Source: Eutreptiella sp. 'Long Island Sound 2002'
Taxonomy: Eukaryota > Protista > Euglenida
DNA: 64,000 nucleotides
Direction: 5' to 3'
NCBI GenBank assembly: GCA_964036045.1
Contig: OZ038379.1
Coordinates: forward strand, 32,860,001-32,924,000
Position numbers and translations under genes: made by a program. Shown here piece after piece: positions 35,262 through 48,700 of the stretch; the stretch's first letter is position 1; every line of letters starts with the position of its first letter. A model generated the notes under the pieces. That model worked only from the letters and a program-made list of their open reading frames with translations. It did not search any database and was not told the DNA's origin.

Positions 35262-36740
35262 TTACCGGCGCCCCGGGCCGCAGGTCAGGTGCTGGGCCCC
35301 AAGCCTTGTTGTAGCCCGGCGTCTGGTCCTCCACGTCGTAAAGCCCCTGGGCCGTCCTTGGAATCGCCCCCCACCCTGCTCTCCTGCAACGGTCCGTGAT
35401 GGACAAGTGGGCCCTAGACGGTCGCTTGAACCCATCTCCTCGTCTTCCCCTCCGTCGACGTCGATGGGGCCTCCCGAGATGAACCGCCGGCGTCCCGTGG
35501 CGCCGGCGCCGGGTCCACGGACCTCATGCCCTCCAGGAGTAGGTGCTCCTTTGGCAATGATACCGTGGTCTTTCCAGAGAAGCTCACTTCTGCGAGCGTT
35601 GTCCTGCTCCACAGGGTTTTCCACCACTTTTGGACCCCGGGGACCTCCATTGGGGCCTCCACTGCCCGCGCTTGGGCCCGACCTTGGAGGTTTGACTCCA
35701 TCGTAGAGCACGCGTTCACCTGCGGCGGTCAAAGAGTTCGGTGATACTGGGAGCCATAAGTCCCGGACATGCGTTTTTCGCCATCGAATGCCTTCATCGG
35801 CTAGCCAAGGCAATCTCGCCACGTGCAGGCATTCGAAATCGTCGGGGGGAGACACATACAAGTGCGCGACTTTGATGTTGCGCCATCTACCCCACCACAA
35901 GAGGTGCCGCCAAGGCAACCCGAGCCACCTAAGGTACGTGGCCCCTGCTCTTCGCCAGGAGTGCCATCTCGCCGAACATCTTTCCGACCCTTCCAAGAGC
36001 TGGGCCATACCCATTTCGAGGAAGGCTGCCCGACCCACTGCTGGTGCCTCTCCCGGCGCGATACGGCGTAACCACCAGGCCAATGCCCGAGCGTAGGGCC
36101 CGAGACGGTGTGTGACTTCACGTTGGTCCGGCTTGACCCCTTGGAACGTGATACCTGCTTTGGAGATATTAGATCGCCGTAGAGATGAGATATCCCCCAC
36201 CGTGCACAGGGCAGTGGATGACAGAACCGCTGCCGCATAGATCTTCCATTCCTGGGGATTCCCCCACCCTGGAGCAGGCTTCAGCCATGAGTGGAGGAGG
36301 TCACGTGCTGCAAATTGGCGGTCTCCCGGGGAATCCACTGATGCTTTTGATAAGCGCCACAGCCTGTCCCACCGTAATTGTGGGATCCAGCCCGGAGTGG
36401 CCACCGCCTTGAGTCCTGAAATACAACCCTTGGCTGTTCCGGCTTTCTGGCCCTAAGCAAACATGGACAGGAGGACCTTTTCACCCAATATCTGCATGTC
36501 GGTCGCTGGGATGGAGCCCCTAAACTGGGCAAATCGCCGTAAGTGGCTGGCATATGTCCGTCTGGTTGCTGGTCTCCAAGTCGACACCAGGCACACTGAT
36601 GGGCATTCCGTGGGGTCGGTCTCACCCAGGATTTGCCATGCGTCCACCACCGCCGGCCAATCGATGATACCCTGGGAAGCCATATGGGATTGCGTGAATT
36701 CGGAGCCCCTCCCCGTGAAGCGGTCCAGTCGTTGTAGCAT
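35262..36740 (-). pseudogene. Tyrosine recombinase of the retrotransposon; one in-frame TAG (36453-36455) and the first catalytic Arg replaced by Thr
   Basis: N-terminal STWRPATRRTYASHLRRFAQF (integrase core-binding-like), then in the same frame LCTVGDISSLRRSNI (box I), GVK, WHSWRRAGAT (HxxR, H at 35961-35963), WWGRW and HLY (Tyr at 35856-35858). Confidence 0.9.
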
Positions 36741-39700
36741 TTCCGATGTCTCCAACGGCCGGACTGCCAGATCCCGTTACTCCGGCCGGAGGCAAATCCA
36801 CACCCAGTGCCGCTCGATGAGCCCGTGCCCCTTGCAGGTCTTGCAGGGTCCCACTTGGGCGGAATATGATCTGACCCACTCTCCTTTATGCACCTCGAAG
36901 GATCCAACTCCATCTACCACTTTAAACCAACATAGCATGACCTTTTTAAGACGCCCCCCCCCCCCCCCGAGGCTCATACCTGCCGTGAAATCCACGTCCG
37001 CTGACGCTTGCTGAGAGGAACTTGACTCTGTTTCATACCTTTCTTTATAACAGTGGATGGACGACCAAACCAGCAGCCAAAGGGACTCAATCATCAAGAC
37101 CGCCGAACTATTCAAGGATAGCACAGCAGGGGGTGTGTCTAGGCTTCCGTCCGTAGGGGTATCTCCTGAAGCTCCTCCGGCCCCCACCACCTCAGCCCAT
37201 ACCGTGGTGTCTTTCGTGTGCTCCTCCGACAGGTTGCACAACAGCGGCTTCTGTGCTCCATCATCCCATTGGGGGGTCATGCGCATGGAGTCTAAGGGCA
37301 GGGAATCCTTAAGGACCGCATACTTGAAGTAATGGAGCACTCGTGTCACCCACTGGGGATGGTTCCACACCAGGGCCAGGTCATGCAACTCCTTAAGACA
37401 CAGCGGCGGCACAGCCTTTTCGCGGCGCTCGGGTGCCTCCGATAGGTTGTTGACCTTGTCGGAGAGGGAGTTGATGAGGGCGGCCTATCCTTCCAAGAGA
37501 CTCAGCACGGCGGGGTCAATAGCCTTACCTGTATCCTCTGCAGGCACATGGATCTTTTCAAAAGCTCCGGAGGCAATGTTAAGCTGCACCTGCTTTGTCA
37601 TGGTGTACCCAATTAGGTTTTCGACGAGCGCTTCTTTTGTCCCCGTGAATCCCGCTGCCGCATAGATCTTCCATTCCTGGGGATTCCCCCACCCTGGAGC
37701 AGGCTTCAGCCATGAGTGGAGGAGGTCACGTGCTGCAAATTGGCGGTCTCCCGGGGAATCCACTGATGCTTTTGATAAGCGCCACAGCCTGTCCCACCGT
37801 AATTGTGGGATCCAGCCCGGAGTGGCCACCGCCTTGAGTCCTGAAATACAACCCTTGGCTGTTCCGGCTTTCTGGCCCTAAGCAAACATGGAGAGGAGGA
37901 CCTTTTCACCCAATATCTGCATGTCGGTCGCTGGGATGGAGCCCCTAAACTGGGCAAATCGCCGTAAGTGGCTGGCATATGTCCGTCTGGTTGCTGGTCT
38001 CCAAGTCGACACCAGGCACACTGATGGGCATTCCGTGGGGTCGGTCTCACCCAGGATTTGCCATGCGTCCACCACCGCCGGCCAATCGATGATACCCTGG
38101 GAAGCCATATGGGATTGCGTGAATTCGGAGCCCCTCCCCGTGAAGCGGTCCAGTCGTTGTAGCATTTCCGATGTGTCCAACGGCCGGACTGCCAGATCCC
38201 GTTACTCCGGCCGGAGGCAAATCCACACCCAGTGCCGCTCGATGAGCCCGTGCCCCTTGCAGGTCTTGCAGGGTCCCACTTGGACGGAATATGATCCGAC
38301 CCACTCTCCTTTATGCACCTCGAAGGATCCAACTCCATCTACCACTTTAAACCAACATAGCATGACCTTTTTAAGACGCCCCCCCCCCCCCGAGGCTCAT
38401 ACTTGCCGTGAAATCCACGTCCGCTGACGCTTGCTGAGAGGAACTTGACTCTGTTTCATACCTTTCTTTATAACAGTGGATGGACGACCAAACCAGCAGC
38501 CAAAGGGACTCAATCATCAAGACCGCCGAACTATTCAAGGATAGCACAGCAGGGGGCGTGTCTAGGCTTCCGTCCGTAGGGGTATCTCCTAAAGCTCCTC
38601 CGGCCCCCACCACCTCAGCCCATACCGTGGTGTCTTTCGTGTGCTCCTCCGACAGGTTGCACAACAGCGACTTCTGTGCTCCATCATCCCATTGGGGGGT
38701 CATGCGCATGGAGTCTAAGGGCAGGGAATCCTTAAGGACCGCATACTTGAAGTAATGGAGCACTCGTGTCACCCACTGGGGATGGTTCCACACCAGGGCC
38801 AGGTCATGCAACTCCTTAAGACACAGCGGCGGCACAGCCTTTTCGCGGCGCTCGGGTGCCTCCGATAGGTTGTTGACCTTGTCGGAGAGGGAGTTGATGA
38901 GGGCGGCCTATCCTTCCAAGAGACTCAGCACGGCGGGGTCAATAGCCTTACCTGTATCCTCTGCAGGCACATGGATCTTTTCAAAAGCTCCGGAGGCAAT
39001 GTTAAGCTGCACCTGCTTTGTCATGGTGTACCCAATTAGGTTTTCGACGAGCGCTTCTTTTGTCCCCGTGAATCCCGCTGCCGCATAGATCTTCCATTCC
39101 TGGGGATTCCCCCACCCTGGAGCAGGCTTCAGCCATGAGTGGAGGAGGTCACGTGCTGCAAATTGGCGGTCTCCCGGAGAATCCACTGATGCTTTTGATA
39201 AGCGCCACAGCCTGTCCCACCGTAATTGTGGGATCCAGCCCGGAGTGGCCACCGCCTTGAGTCCTGAAATACAACCCTTGGCTGTTCCGGCTTTCTGGCC
39301 CTAAGCAAACATGGACAGGAGGACCTTTTCACCCAATATCTGCATGTCGGTCGCTGGGATGGAGCCCCTAAACTGGGCAAATCGCCGTAAGTGGCTGGCA
39401 TATGTCCGTCTGGTTGCTGGTCTCCAAGTCGACACCAGGCACACTGATGGGCATTCCGTGGGGTCGGTCTCACCCAGGATTTGCCATGCGTCCACCACCG
39501 CCGGCCAATCGATGATACCCTGGGAAGCCATATGGGATTGCGTGAATTCGGAGCCCCTCCCCGTGAAGCGGTCCAGTCGTTGTAGCATTTCCGATGTGTC
39601 CAACGGCCGGACTGCCAGATCCCGTTACTCCGGCCGGAGGCAAATCCACACCCAGTGCCGCTCGATGAGCCCGTGCCCCTTGCAGGTCTTGCAGGGTCCC

Positions 39701-42700
39701 ACTTGGGCGGAATATGATCCGACCCACTCTCCTTTATGCACCTCGAAGGATCCAACTCCATCTACCACTTTAAACCAACATAGCATGACCTTTTTAAGAC
39801 GCCCCCCCCCCCCCCCCCGAGGCTCATACCTGCCGTGAAATCCAGGTCCGCTGACGCTTGCTGAGAGGAACTTGACTCTGTTTCATACCTTTCTTTATAA
39901 CAGTGGATGGACGACCAAACCAGCAGCCAAAGGGACTCAATCATCAAGACCGCCGAACTATTCAAGGATAGCACAGCAGGGGGCGTGTCTAGGCTTCCGT
40001 CCGTAGGGGTATCTCCTGAAGCTCCTCCGGCCCCCACCACCTCAGCCCATACCGTGGTGTCTTTCGTGTGCTCCTCCGACAGGTTGCACAACAGCGGCTT
40101 CTGTGCTCCATCATCCCATTGGGGGGTCATGCGCATGGAGTCTAAGGGCAGGGAATCCTTAAGGACCGCATACTTGAAGTAATGGAGCACTCGTGTCACC
40201 CACTGGGGATGGTTCCACACCAGGGCCAGGTCATGCAACTCCTTAAGACACAGCGGCGGCACAGCCTTTTCGCGGCGCTCGGGTGCCTCCGATAGGTTGT
40301 TGACCTTGTCGGAGAGGGAGTTGATGAGGGCGGCCTATCCTTCCAAGAGACTCAGCACGGCGGGGTCAATAGCCTTACCTGTATCCTCTGCAGGCACATG
40401 GATCTTTTCAAAAGCTCCGGAGGCAATGTTAAGCTGCACCTGCTTTGTCATGGTGTACCCAATTAGGTTTTCGACGAGCGCTTCTTTTGTCCCCGTGAAT
40501 CCCGCTGCCGCATAGATCTTCCATTCCTGGGGATTCCCCCACCCTGGAGCAGGCTTCAGCCATGAGTGGAGGAGGTCACGTGCTGCAAATTGGCGGTCTC
40601 CCGGGGAATCCACTGATGCTTTTGATAAGCGCCACAGCCTGTCCCACCGTAATTGTGGGATCCAGCCCGGAGTGGCCACCGCCTTGAGTCCTGAAATACA
40701 ACCCTTGGCTGTTCCGGCTTTCTGGCCCTAAGCAAACATGGAGAGGAGGACCTTTTCACCCAATATCTGCATGTCGGTCGCTGGGATGGAGCCCCTAAAC
40801 TGGGCAAATCGCCGTAAGTGGCTGGCATATGTCCGTCTGGTTGCTGGTCTCCAAGTCGACACCAGGCACACTGATGGGCATTCCGTGGGGTCGGTCTCAC
40901 CCAGGATTTGCCATGCGTCCACCACCGCCGGCCAATCGATGATACCCTGGGAAGCCATATGGGATTGCGTGAATTCGGAGCCCCTCCCCGTGAAGCGGTC
41001 CAGTCGTTGTAGCATTTCCGATGTGTCCAACGGCCGGACTGCCAGATCCCGTTACTCCGGCCGGAGGCAAATCCACACCCAGTGCCGCTCGATGAGCCCG
41101 TGCCCCTTGCAGGTCTTGCAGGGTCCCACTTGGGCGGAATATGATCCGACCCACTCTCCTTTATGCACCTCGAAGGATCCAACTCCATCTACCACTTTAA
41201 ACCAACATAGCATGACCTTTTTAAGACGCCCCCCCCGCCCCGAGGCTCATACCTGCCGTGAAATCCAGGTCCGCTGACGCTTGCTGAGAGGAACTTGACT
41301 CTGTTTCATACCTTTCTTTATAACAGTGGATGGACGACCAAACAAGCAGCCAAAGGGACTCAATCATCAAGACCGCCGAACTATTCAAGGATAGCACAGC
41401 AGGGGGCGTGTCTAGGCTTCCGTCCGTAGGGGTATCTCCTGAAGCTCCTCCGGCCCCCACCACCTCAGCCCATACCGTGGTGTCTTTCGTGTGCTCCTCC
41501 GACAGGTTGCACAACAGCGACTTCTGTGCTCCATCATCCCATTGGGGGGTCATGCGCATGGAGTCTAAGGGTAGGGAATCCTTAAGGACCGCATACTTGA
41601 AGTAATGGAGCACTCGTGTCACCCACTGGGGATGGTTCCACACCAGGGCCAGGTCATGCAACTCCTTAAGACACAGCGGCGGCACAGCCTTTTCGCGGCG
41701 CTCGGGTGCCTCCGATAGGTTGTTGACCTTGTCGGAGAGGGAGTTGATGAGGGCGGCCTATCCTTCCAAGAGACTCAGCACGGCGGGGTCAATAGCCTTA
41801 CCTGTATCCTCTGCAGGCACATGGATCTTTTCAAAAGCTCCGGAGGCAATGTTAAGCTGCACCTGCTTTGTCATGGTGTACCCAATTAGGTTTTCGACGA
41901 GCGCTTCTTTTGTCCCCGTGAATCCCGCTGCCGCATAGATCTTCCATTCCTGGGGATTCCCCCACCCTGGAGCAGGCTTCAGCCATGAGTGGAGGAGGTC
42001 ACGTGCTGCAAATTGGCGGTCTCCCGGGGAATCCACTGATGCTTTTGATAAGCGCCACAGCCTGTCCCACCGTAATTGTGGGATCTAGCCCGGAGTGGCC
42101 ACCGCCTTGAGTCCTGAAATACAACCCTTGGCTGTTCCGGCTTTCTGGCCCTAAGCAAACATGGAGAGGAGGACCTTTTCACCCAATATCTGCATGTCGG
42201 TCGCTGGGATGGAGCCCCTAAACTGGGCAAATCGCCGTAAGTGGCTGGCATATGTCCGTCTGGTTGCTGGTCTCCAAGTCGAAACCAGGCACACTGATGG
42301 GCATTCCGTGGGGTCGGTCTCACCCAGGATTTGCCATGCGTCCACCACCGCCGGCCAATCGATGATACCCTGGGAAGCCATATGGGATTGCGTTAATTCG
42401 GAGCCCCTCCCCGTGAAGCGGTCCAGTCGTTGTAGCATTTCCGATGTGTCCAACGGCCGGACTGCCAGATCCCGTTACTCCGGCCGGAGGCAAATCCACA
42501 CCCAGTGCCGCTCGATGAGCCCGTGCCCCTTGCAGGTCTTGCAGGGTCCCACTTGGGCGGAATATGATCCGACCCACTCTCCTTTATGCACCTCGAAGGA
42601 TCCAACTCCATCTACCACTTTAAACCAACATAGCATGACCTTTTTAAGACGCCCCCCCCCCCCCCAGGGCTCATACTTGCCGTGAAATCCAGGTCCGCTG

Positions 42701-45700
42701 ACGCTTGCTGAGAGGAACTTGACTCTGTTTCATACCTTTTTTTATAACAGTGGATGGACGACCAAACCAGCAGCCAAAGGGACTCAATCATCAAGACCGC
42801 CGAACTATTCAAGGATAGCACAGCAGGGGGTGTGTCTAGGCTTCCGTCCGTAGGGGTATCTCCTGAAGCTCCTCCGGCCCCCACCACCTCAGCCCATACC
42901 GTGGTGTCTTTCGTGTGCTCCTGCGACAGGTTGCACAACACCGGCTTCTGTGCTCCATCATCCCATTGGGGGGTCATGTGCATGGAGTCTAAGGGTAGGG
43001 AATCCTTAAGGACCGCATACTTGAAGTAATGGAGCACTCGTGTCACCCACTGGGGATGGTTCCACACCAGGGCCAGGTCATGCAACTCCTTAAGACACAG
43101 CGGCGGCACAGCCTTTTCGCGGCGCTCGGGTGCCTCCGATAGGTTGTTGACCTTGTCGGAGAGGGAGTTGATGAGGGCGGCCTATCCTTCCAAGAGACTC
43201 AGCACGGCGGGGTCAATAGCCTTACCTGTATCCTCTGCAGGCACATGGATCTTTTCAAAAGCTCCGGAGGCAATGTTAAGCTGCACCTGCTTTGTCATGG
43301 TGTACCCAATTAGGTTTTCGACGAGCGCTTCTTTTGTCCCCGTGAATCCCGCTGCCGCATAGATCTTCCATTCCTGGGGATTCCCCCACCCTGGAGCAGG
43401 CTTCAGCCATGAGTGGAGGAGGTCACGTGCTGCAAATTGGCGGTCTCCCGGGGAATCCACTGATGCTTTTGATAAGCGCCACAGCCTGTCCCACCGTAAT
43501 TGTGGGATCTAGCCCGGAGTGGCCACCGCCTTGAGTCCTGAAATACAACCCTTGGCTGTTCCGGCTTTCTGGCCCTAAGCAAACATGGAGAGGAGGACCT
43601 TTTCACCCAATATCTGCATGTCGGTCGCTGGGATGGAGCCCCTAAACTGGGCAAATCGCCGTAAGTGGCTGGCATATGTCCGTCTGGTTGCTGGTCTCCA
43701 AGTCGAAACCAGGCACACTGATGGGCATTCCGTGGGGTCGGTCTCACCCAGGATTTGCCATGCGTCCACCACCGCCGGCCAATCGATGATACCCTGGGAA
43801 GCCATATGGGATTGCGTGAATTCGGAGCCCCTCCCCGTGAAGCGGTCCAGTCGTTGTAGCATTTCCGATGTGTCCAACGGCCGGACTGCCAGATCCCGTT
43901 ACTCCGGCCGGAGGCAAATCCACACCCAGTGCCGCTCGATGAGCCCGTGCACCTTGCAGGTCTTGCAGGGTCCCACTTGGGCGGAATATGATCCGACCCA
44001 CTCTCCTTTATGCACCTCGAAGGATCCAACTCCATCTACCACTTTAAACCAACATAGCATGACCTTTTTAAGACGCCCCCCCCCCCGAGGCTCATACCTG
44101 CCGTGAAATCCATGTCCGCTGACGCTTGCTGAGAGGAACTTGACTCTGTTTCATACCTTTCTTTATAACAGTGGATGGACGACCAAACCAGCAGCCAAAG
44201 GGACTCAATCATCAAGACCGCCGAACTATTCAAGGATAGCACAGCAGGGGGCGTGTCTAGGCTTCCGTCCGTAGGGGTATCTCCTGAAGCTCCTCCGGCC
44301 CCCACCACCTCAGCCCATACCGTGGTGTCTTTCGTGTGCTCCTCCGACAGGTTGCACAACAGCGACTTCTGTGCTCCATCATCCCATTGGGGGGTCATGC
44401 GCATGGAGTCTAAGGGCAGGGAATCCTTAAGGACCGCATACTTGAAGTAATGGAGCACTCGTGTCACCCACTGGGGATGGTTCCACACCAGGGCCAGGTC
44501 ATGCAACTCCTTAAGACACAGCGGCGGCACAGCCTTTTCGCGGCGCTCGGGTGCCTCCGATAGGTTGTTGACCTTGTCGGAGAGGGAGTTGATGAGGGCG
44601 GCCTATCCTTCCAAGAGACTCAGCACGGCGGGGTCAATAGCCTTACCTGTATCCTCTGCAGGCACATGGATCTTTTCAAAAGCTCCGGAGGCAATGTTAA
44701 GCTGCACCTGCTTTGTCATGGTGTACCCAACTAGGTTTTCGACGAGCGCTTCTTTTGTCCCCGTGAATCCCGCTGCCGCATAGATCTTCCATTCCTGGGG
44801 ATTCCCCCACCCTGGAGCAGGCTTCAGCCATGAGTGGAGGAGGTCACGTGCTGCAAATTGGCGGTCTCCCGGGGAATCCACTGATGCTTTTGATAAGCGC
44901 CACAGCCTGTCCCACCGTAATTGTGGGATCCAGCCCGGAGTGGCCACCGCCTTGAGTCCTGAAATACAACCCTTGGCTGTTCCGGCTTTCTGGCCCTAAG
45001 CAAACATGGAGAGGAGGACCTTTTCACCCAATATCTGCATGTCGGTCGCTGGGATGGAGCCCCTAAACTGGGCAAATCGCCGTAAGTGGCTGGCATATGT
45101 CCGTCTGGTTGCTGGTCTCCAAGTCGACACCAGGCACACTGATGGGCATTCCGTGGGGTCGGTCTCACCCAGGATTTGCCATGCGTCCACCACCGCCGGC
45201 CAATCGATGATACCCTGGGAAGCCATATGGGATTGCGTGAATTCGGAGCCCCTCCCCGTGAAGCGGTCCAGTCGTTGTAGCATTTCCGATGTGTCCAACG
45301 GCCGGACTGCCAGATCCCGTTACTCCGGCCGGAGGCAAATCCACACCCAGTGCCGCTCGATGAGCCCGTGCCCCTTGCAGGTCTTGCAGGGTCCCACTTG
45401 GGCGGAATATGATCCGACCCACTCTCCTTTATGCACCTCGAAGGATCCAACTCCATCTACCACTTTAAACCAACATAGCATGACCTTTTTAAGACGCCCC
45501 CCCCCCCCGAGGCTCATACTTGCCGTGAAATCCACGTCCGCTGACGCTTGCTGAGAGGAACTTGACTCTGTTTCATACCTTTCTTTATAACAGTGGATGG
45601 ACGACCAAACCAGCAGCCAAAGGGACTCAATCATCAAGACCGCCGAACTATTCAAGGATAGCACAGCAGGGGGCGTGTCTAGGCTTCCGTCCGTAGGGGT

Positions 45701-48700
45701 ATCTCCTGAAGCTCCTCCGGCCCCCACCACCTCAGCCCATACCGTGGTGTCTTTCTTGTGCTCCTCCGACAGGTTGCACAACAGCGGCTTTTGTGCTCCA
45801 TCATCCCATTGGGGGGTCATGCGCATGGAGTCTAAGGGCAGGGAATCCTTAAGGACCGCATACTTGAAGTAATGGAGCACTCGTGTCACCCACTGGGGAT
45901 GGTTCCACACCAGGGCCAGGTCATGCAACTCCTTAAGACACAGCGGCGGCACAGCCTTTTCGCGGCGCTCGGGTGCCTCCGATAGGTTGTTGACCTTGTC
46001 GGAGAGGGAGTTGATGAGGGCGGCCTATCCTTCCAAGAGACTCAGCACGGCGGGGTCAATAGCCTTACCTGTATCCTCTGCAGGCACATGGATCTTTTCA
46101 AAAGCTCCGGAGGCAATGTTAAGCTGCACCTGCTTTGTCATGGTGTACCCAATTAGGTTTTCGACGAGCGCTTCTTTTGTCCCCGTGAATCCCGCTGCCG
46201 CATAGATCTTCCATTCCTGGGGATTCCCCCACCGTGGAGCAGGCTTCAGCCATGAGTGGAGGAGGTCACGTGCTGCAAATTGGCGGTCTCCCGGGGAATC
46301 CACTGATGCTTTTGATAAGCGCCACAGCCTGTCCCACCGTAATTGTGGGATCCAGCCCGGAGTGGCCACCGCCTTGAGTCCTGAAATACAACCCTTGGCT
46401 GTTCCGGCTTTCTGGCCCTAAGCAAACATGGAGAGGAGGACCTTTTCACCCAATATCTGCATGTCGGTCGCTGGGATGGAGCCCCTAAACTAGGCAAATC
46501 GCCGTAAGTGGCTGGCATATGTCCGTCTGGTTGCTGGTCTCCAAGTCGACACCAGGCACACTGATGGGCATTCCGTGGGGTCGGTCTCACCCAGGATTTG
46601 CCATGCGCCACCACCGCCGGCCAATCGATGATACCCTGGGAAGCCATATGGGATTGCGTGAATTCGGAGCCCCTCCCCGTGAAGCGGTCCAGTCGTTGTA
46701 GCATTTCCGATGTGTCCAACGGCCGGACTGCCAGATCCCGTTACTCCGGCCGGAGGCAAATCCACACCCAGAGCCGCTCGATGAGCCCGTGCCCCTTGCA
46801 GGTCTTGCAGGGTCCCACTTGGGCGGAATATGATCCGACCCACTCTCCTTTATGCACCTCGAAGGATCCAACTCCATCTACCACTTTAAACCAACATAGC
46901 ATGACCTTTTTAAGACGCCCCCCCCCCCCCCCCCGAGGCTCATACCTGCCGTGAAATCCAGGTCCGCTGACGCTTGCTGAGAGGAACTTGACTCTGTTTC
47001 ATACCTTTCTTTATAACAGTGGATGGACGACCAAACCAGCAGCCAAAGGGACTCAATCATCAAGACCGCCGAACTATTCAAGGATAGCACAGCAGGGGGC
47101 GTGTCTAGGCTTCCGTCCGTAGGGGTATCTCCTGAAGCTCCTCCGGCCCCCACCACCTCAGCCCATACCGTGGTGTCTTTCTTGTGCTCCTGCGACAGGT
47201 TGCACAACAGCGGCTTCTGTGCTCCATCATCCCATTGGGGGGTCATGCGCATGGAGTCTAAGGGCAGGGAATCCTTAAGGACCGCATACTTGAAGTAATG
47301 GAGCACTCGTGTCACCCACTGGGGATGGTTCCACACCAAGGCCAGGTCATGCAACTCCTTAAGACACAGCGGCGGCACAGCCTTTTCGCGGCGCTCGGGT
47401 GCCTCCGATAGGTTGTTGACCTTGTCGGAGAGGGAGTTGATGAGGGCGGCCTATCCTTCCAAGAGACTCAGCACGGCGGGGTCAATAGCCTTACCTGTAT
47501 CCTCTGCAGGCACATGGATCTTTTCAAAAGCTCCGGAGGCAATGTTAAGCTGCACCTGCTTTGTCATGGTGTACCCAATTAGGTTTTCGACGAGCGCTTC
47601 TTTTGTCCCCGTGAATCTCGCTGCCGCATAGATCTTCCATTCCTGGGGATTCCCCCACCCTGGAGCAGGCTTCAGCCATGAGTGGAGGAGGTCACGTGCT
47701 GCAAATTGGCGGTCTCCCGGGGAATCCACTGATGCTTTTGATAAGCGCCACAGCCTGTCCCACCGTAATTGTGGGATCCAGCCCGGAGTGGCCACCGCCT
47801 TGAGTCCTGAAATACAACCCTTGGCTGTTCCGGCTTTCTGGCCCTAAGCAAACATGGAGAGGAGGACCTTTTCACCCAATATCTGCATGTCGGTCGCTGG
47901 GATGGAGCCCCTAAACTGGGCAAATCGCCGTAAGTGGCTGGCATATGTCCGTCTGGTTGCTGGTCTCCAAGTCGACACCAGGCACACTGATGGGCATTCC
48001 GTGGGGTCGGTCTCACCCAGGATTTGCCATGCGTCCACCACCGCCGGCCAATCGATGATACCCTGGGAAGCCATATGGGATTGCGTGAATTCGGAGCCCC
48101 TCCCCGTGAAGCGGTCCAGTCGTTGTAGCATTTCCGATGTGTCCAACGGCCGGACTGCCAGATCCCGTTACTCCGGCCGGAGGCAAATCCACACCCAGTG
48201 CCGCTCGATGAGCCCGTGCCCCTTGCAGGTCTTGCAGGGTCCCACTTGGGCGGAATATGATCCGACCCACTCTCCTTTATGCACCTCGAAGGATCCAACT
48301 CCATCTACCACTTTAAACCAACATAGCATGACCTTTTTAAGACGCCCCCCCCGCCCCGAGGCTCATACCTGCCGTGAAATCCAGGTCCGCTGACGCTTGC
48401 TGAGAGGAACTTGACTCTGTTTCATACCTTTCTTTATAACAGTGGATGGACGACCAAACCAGCAGCCAAAGGGACTCAATCATCAAGACCGCCGAACTAT
48501 TCAAGGATAGCACAGCAGGGGGCGTGTCTAGGCTTCCGTCCGTAGGGGTATCTCCTGAAGCTCCTCCGGCCCCCACCACCTCAGCCCATACCGTGGTGTC
48601 TTTCTTGTGCTCCTCCGACAGGTTGCACAACAGCGGCTTCTGTGCTCCATCATCCCATTGGGGGGTCATGCGCATGGAGTCTAAGGGCAGGGAATCCTTA

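Noticed and set aside
35262-37829. Stop-codon reassignment (TAA/TAG as sense) suggested by three in-frame stops
   Set aside because: The PDI exons, the 474-aa ORF and the 380-aa YR stretch contain no in-frame TAA/TAG, and the same element has frameshifts and a catalytic substitution. Ordinary decay is simpler. Host-gene codon analysis would settle it.
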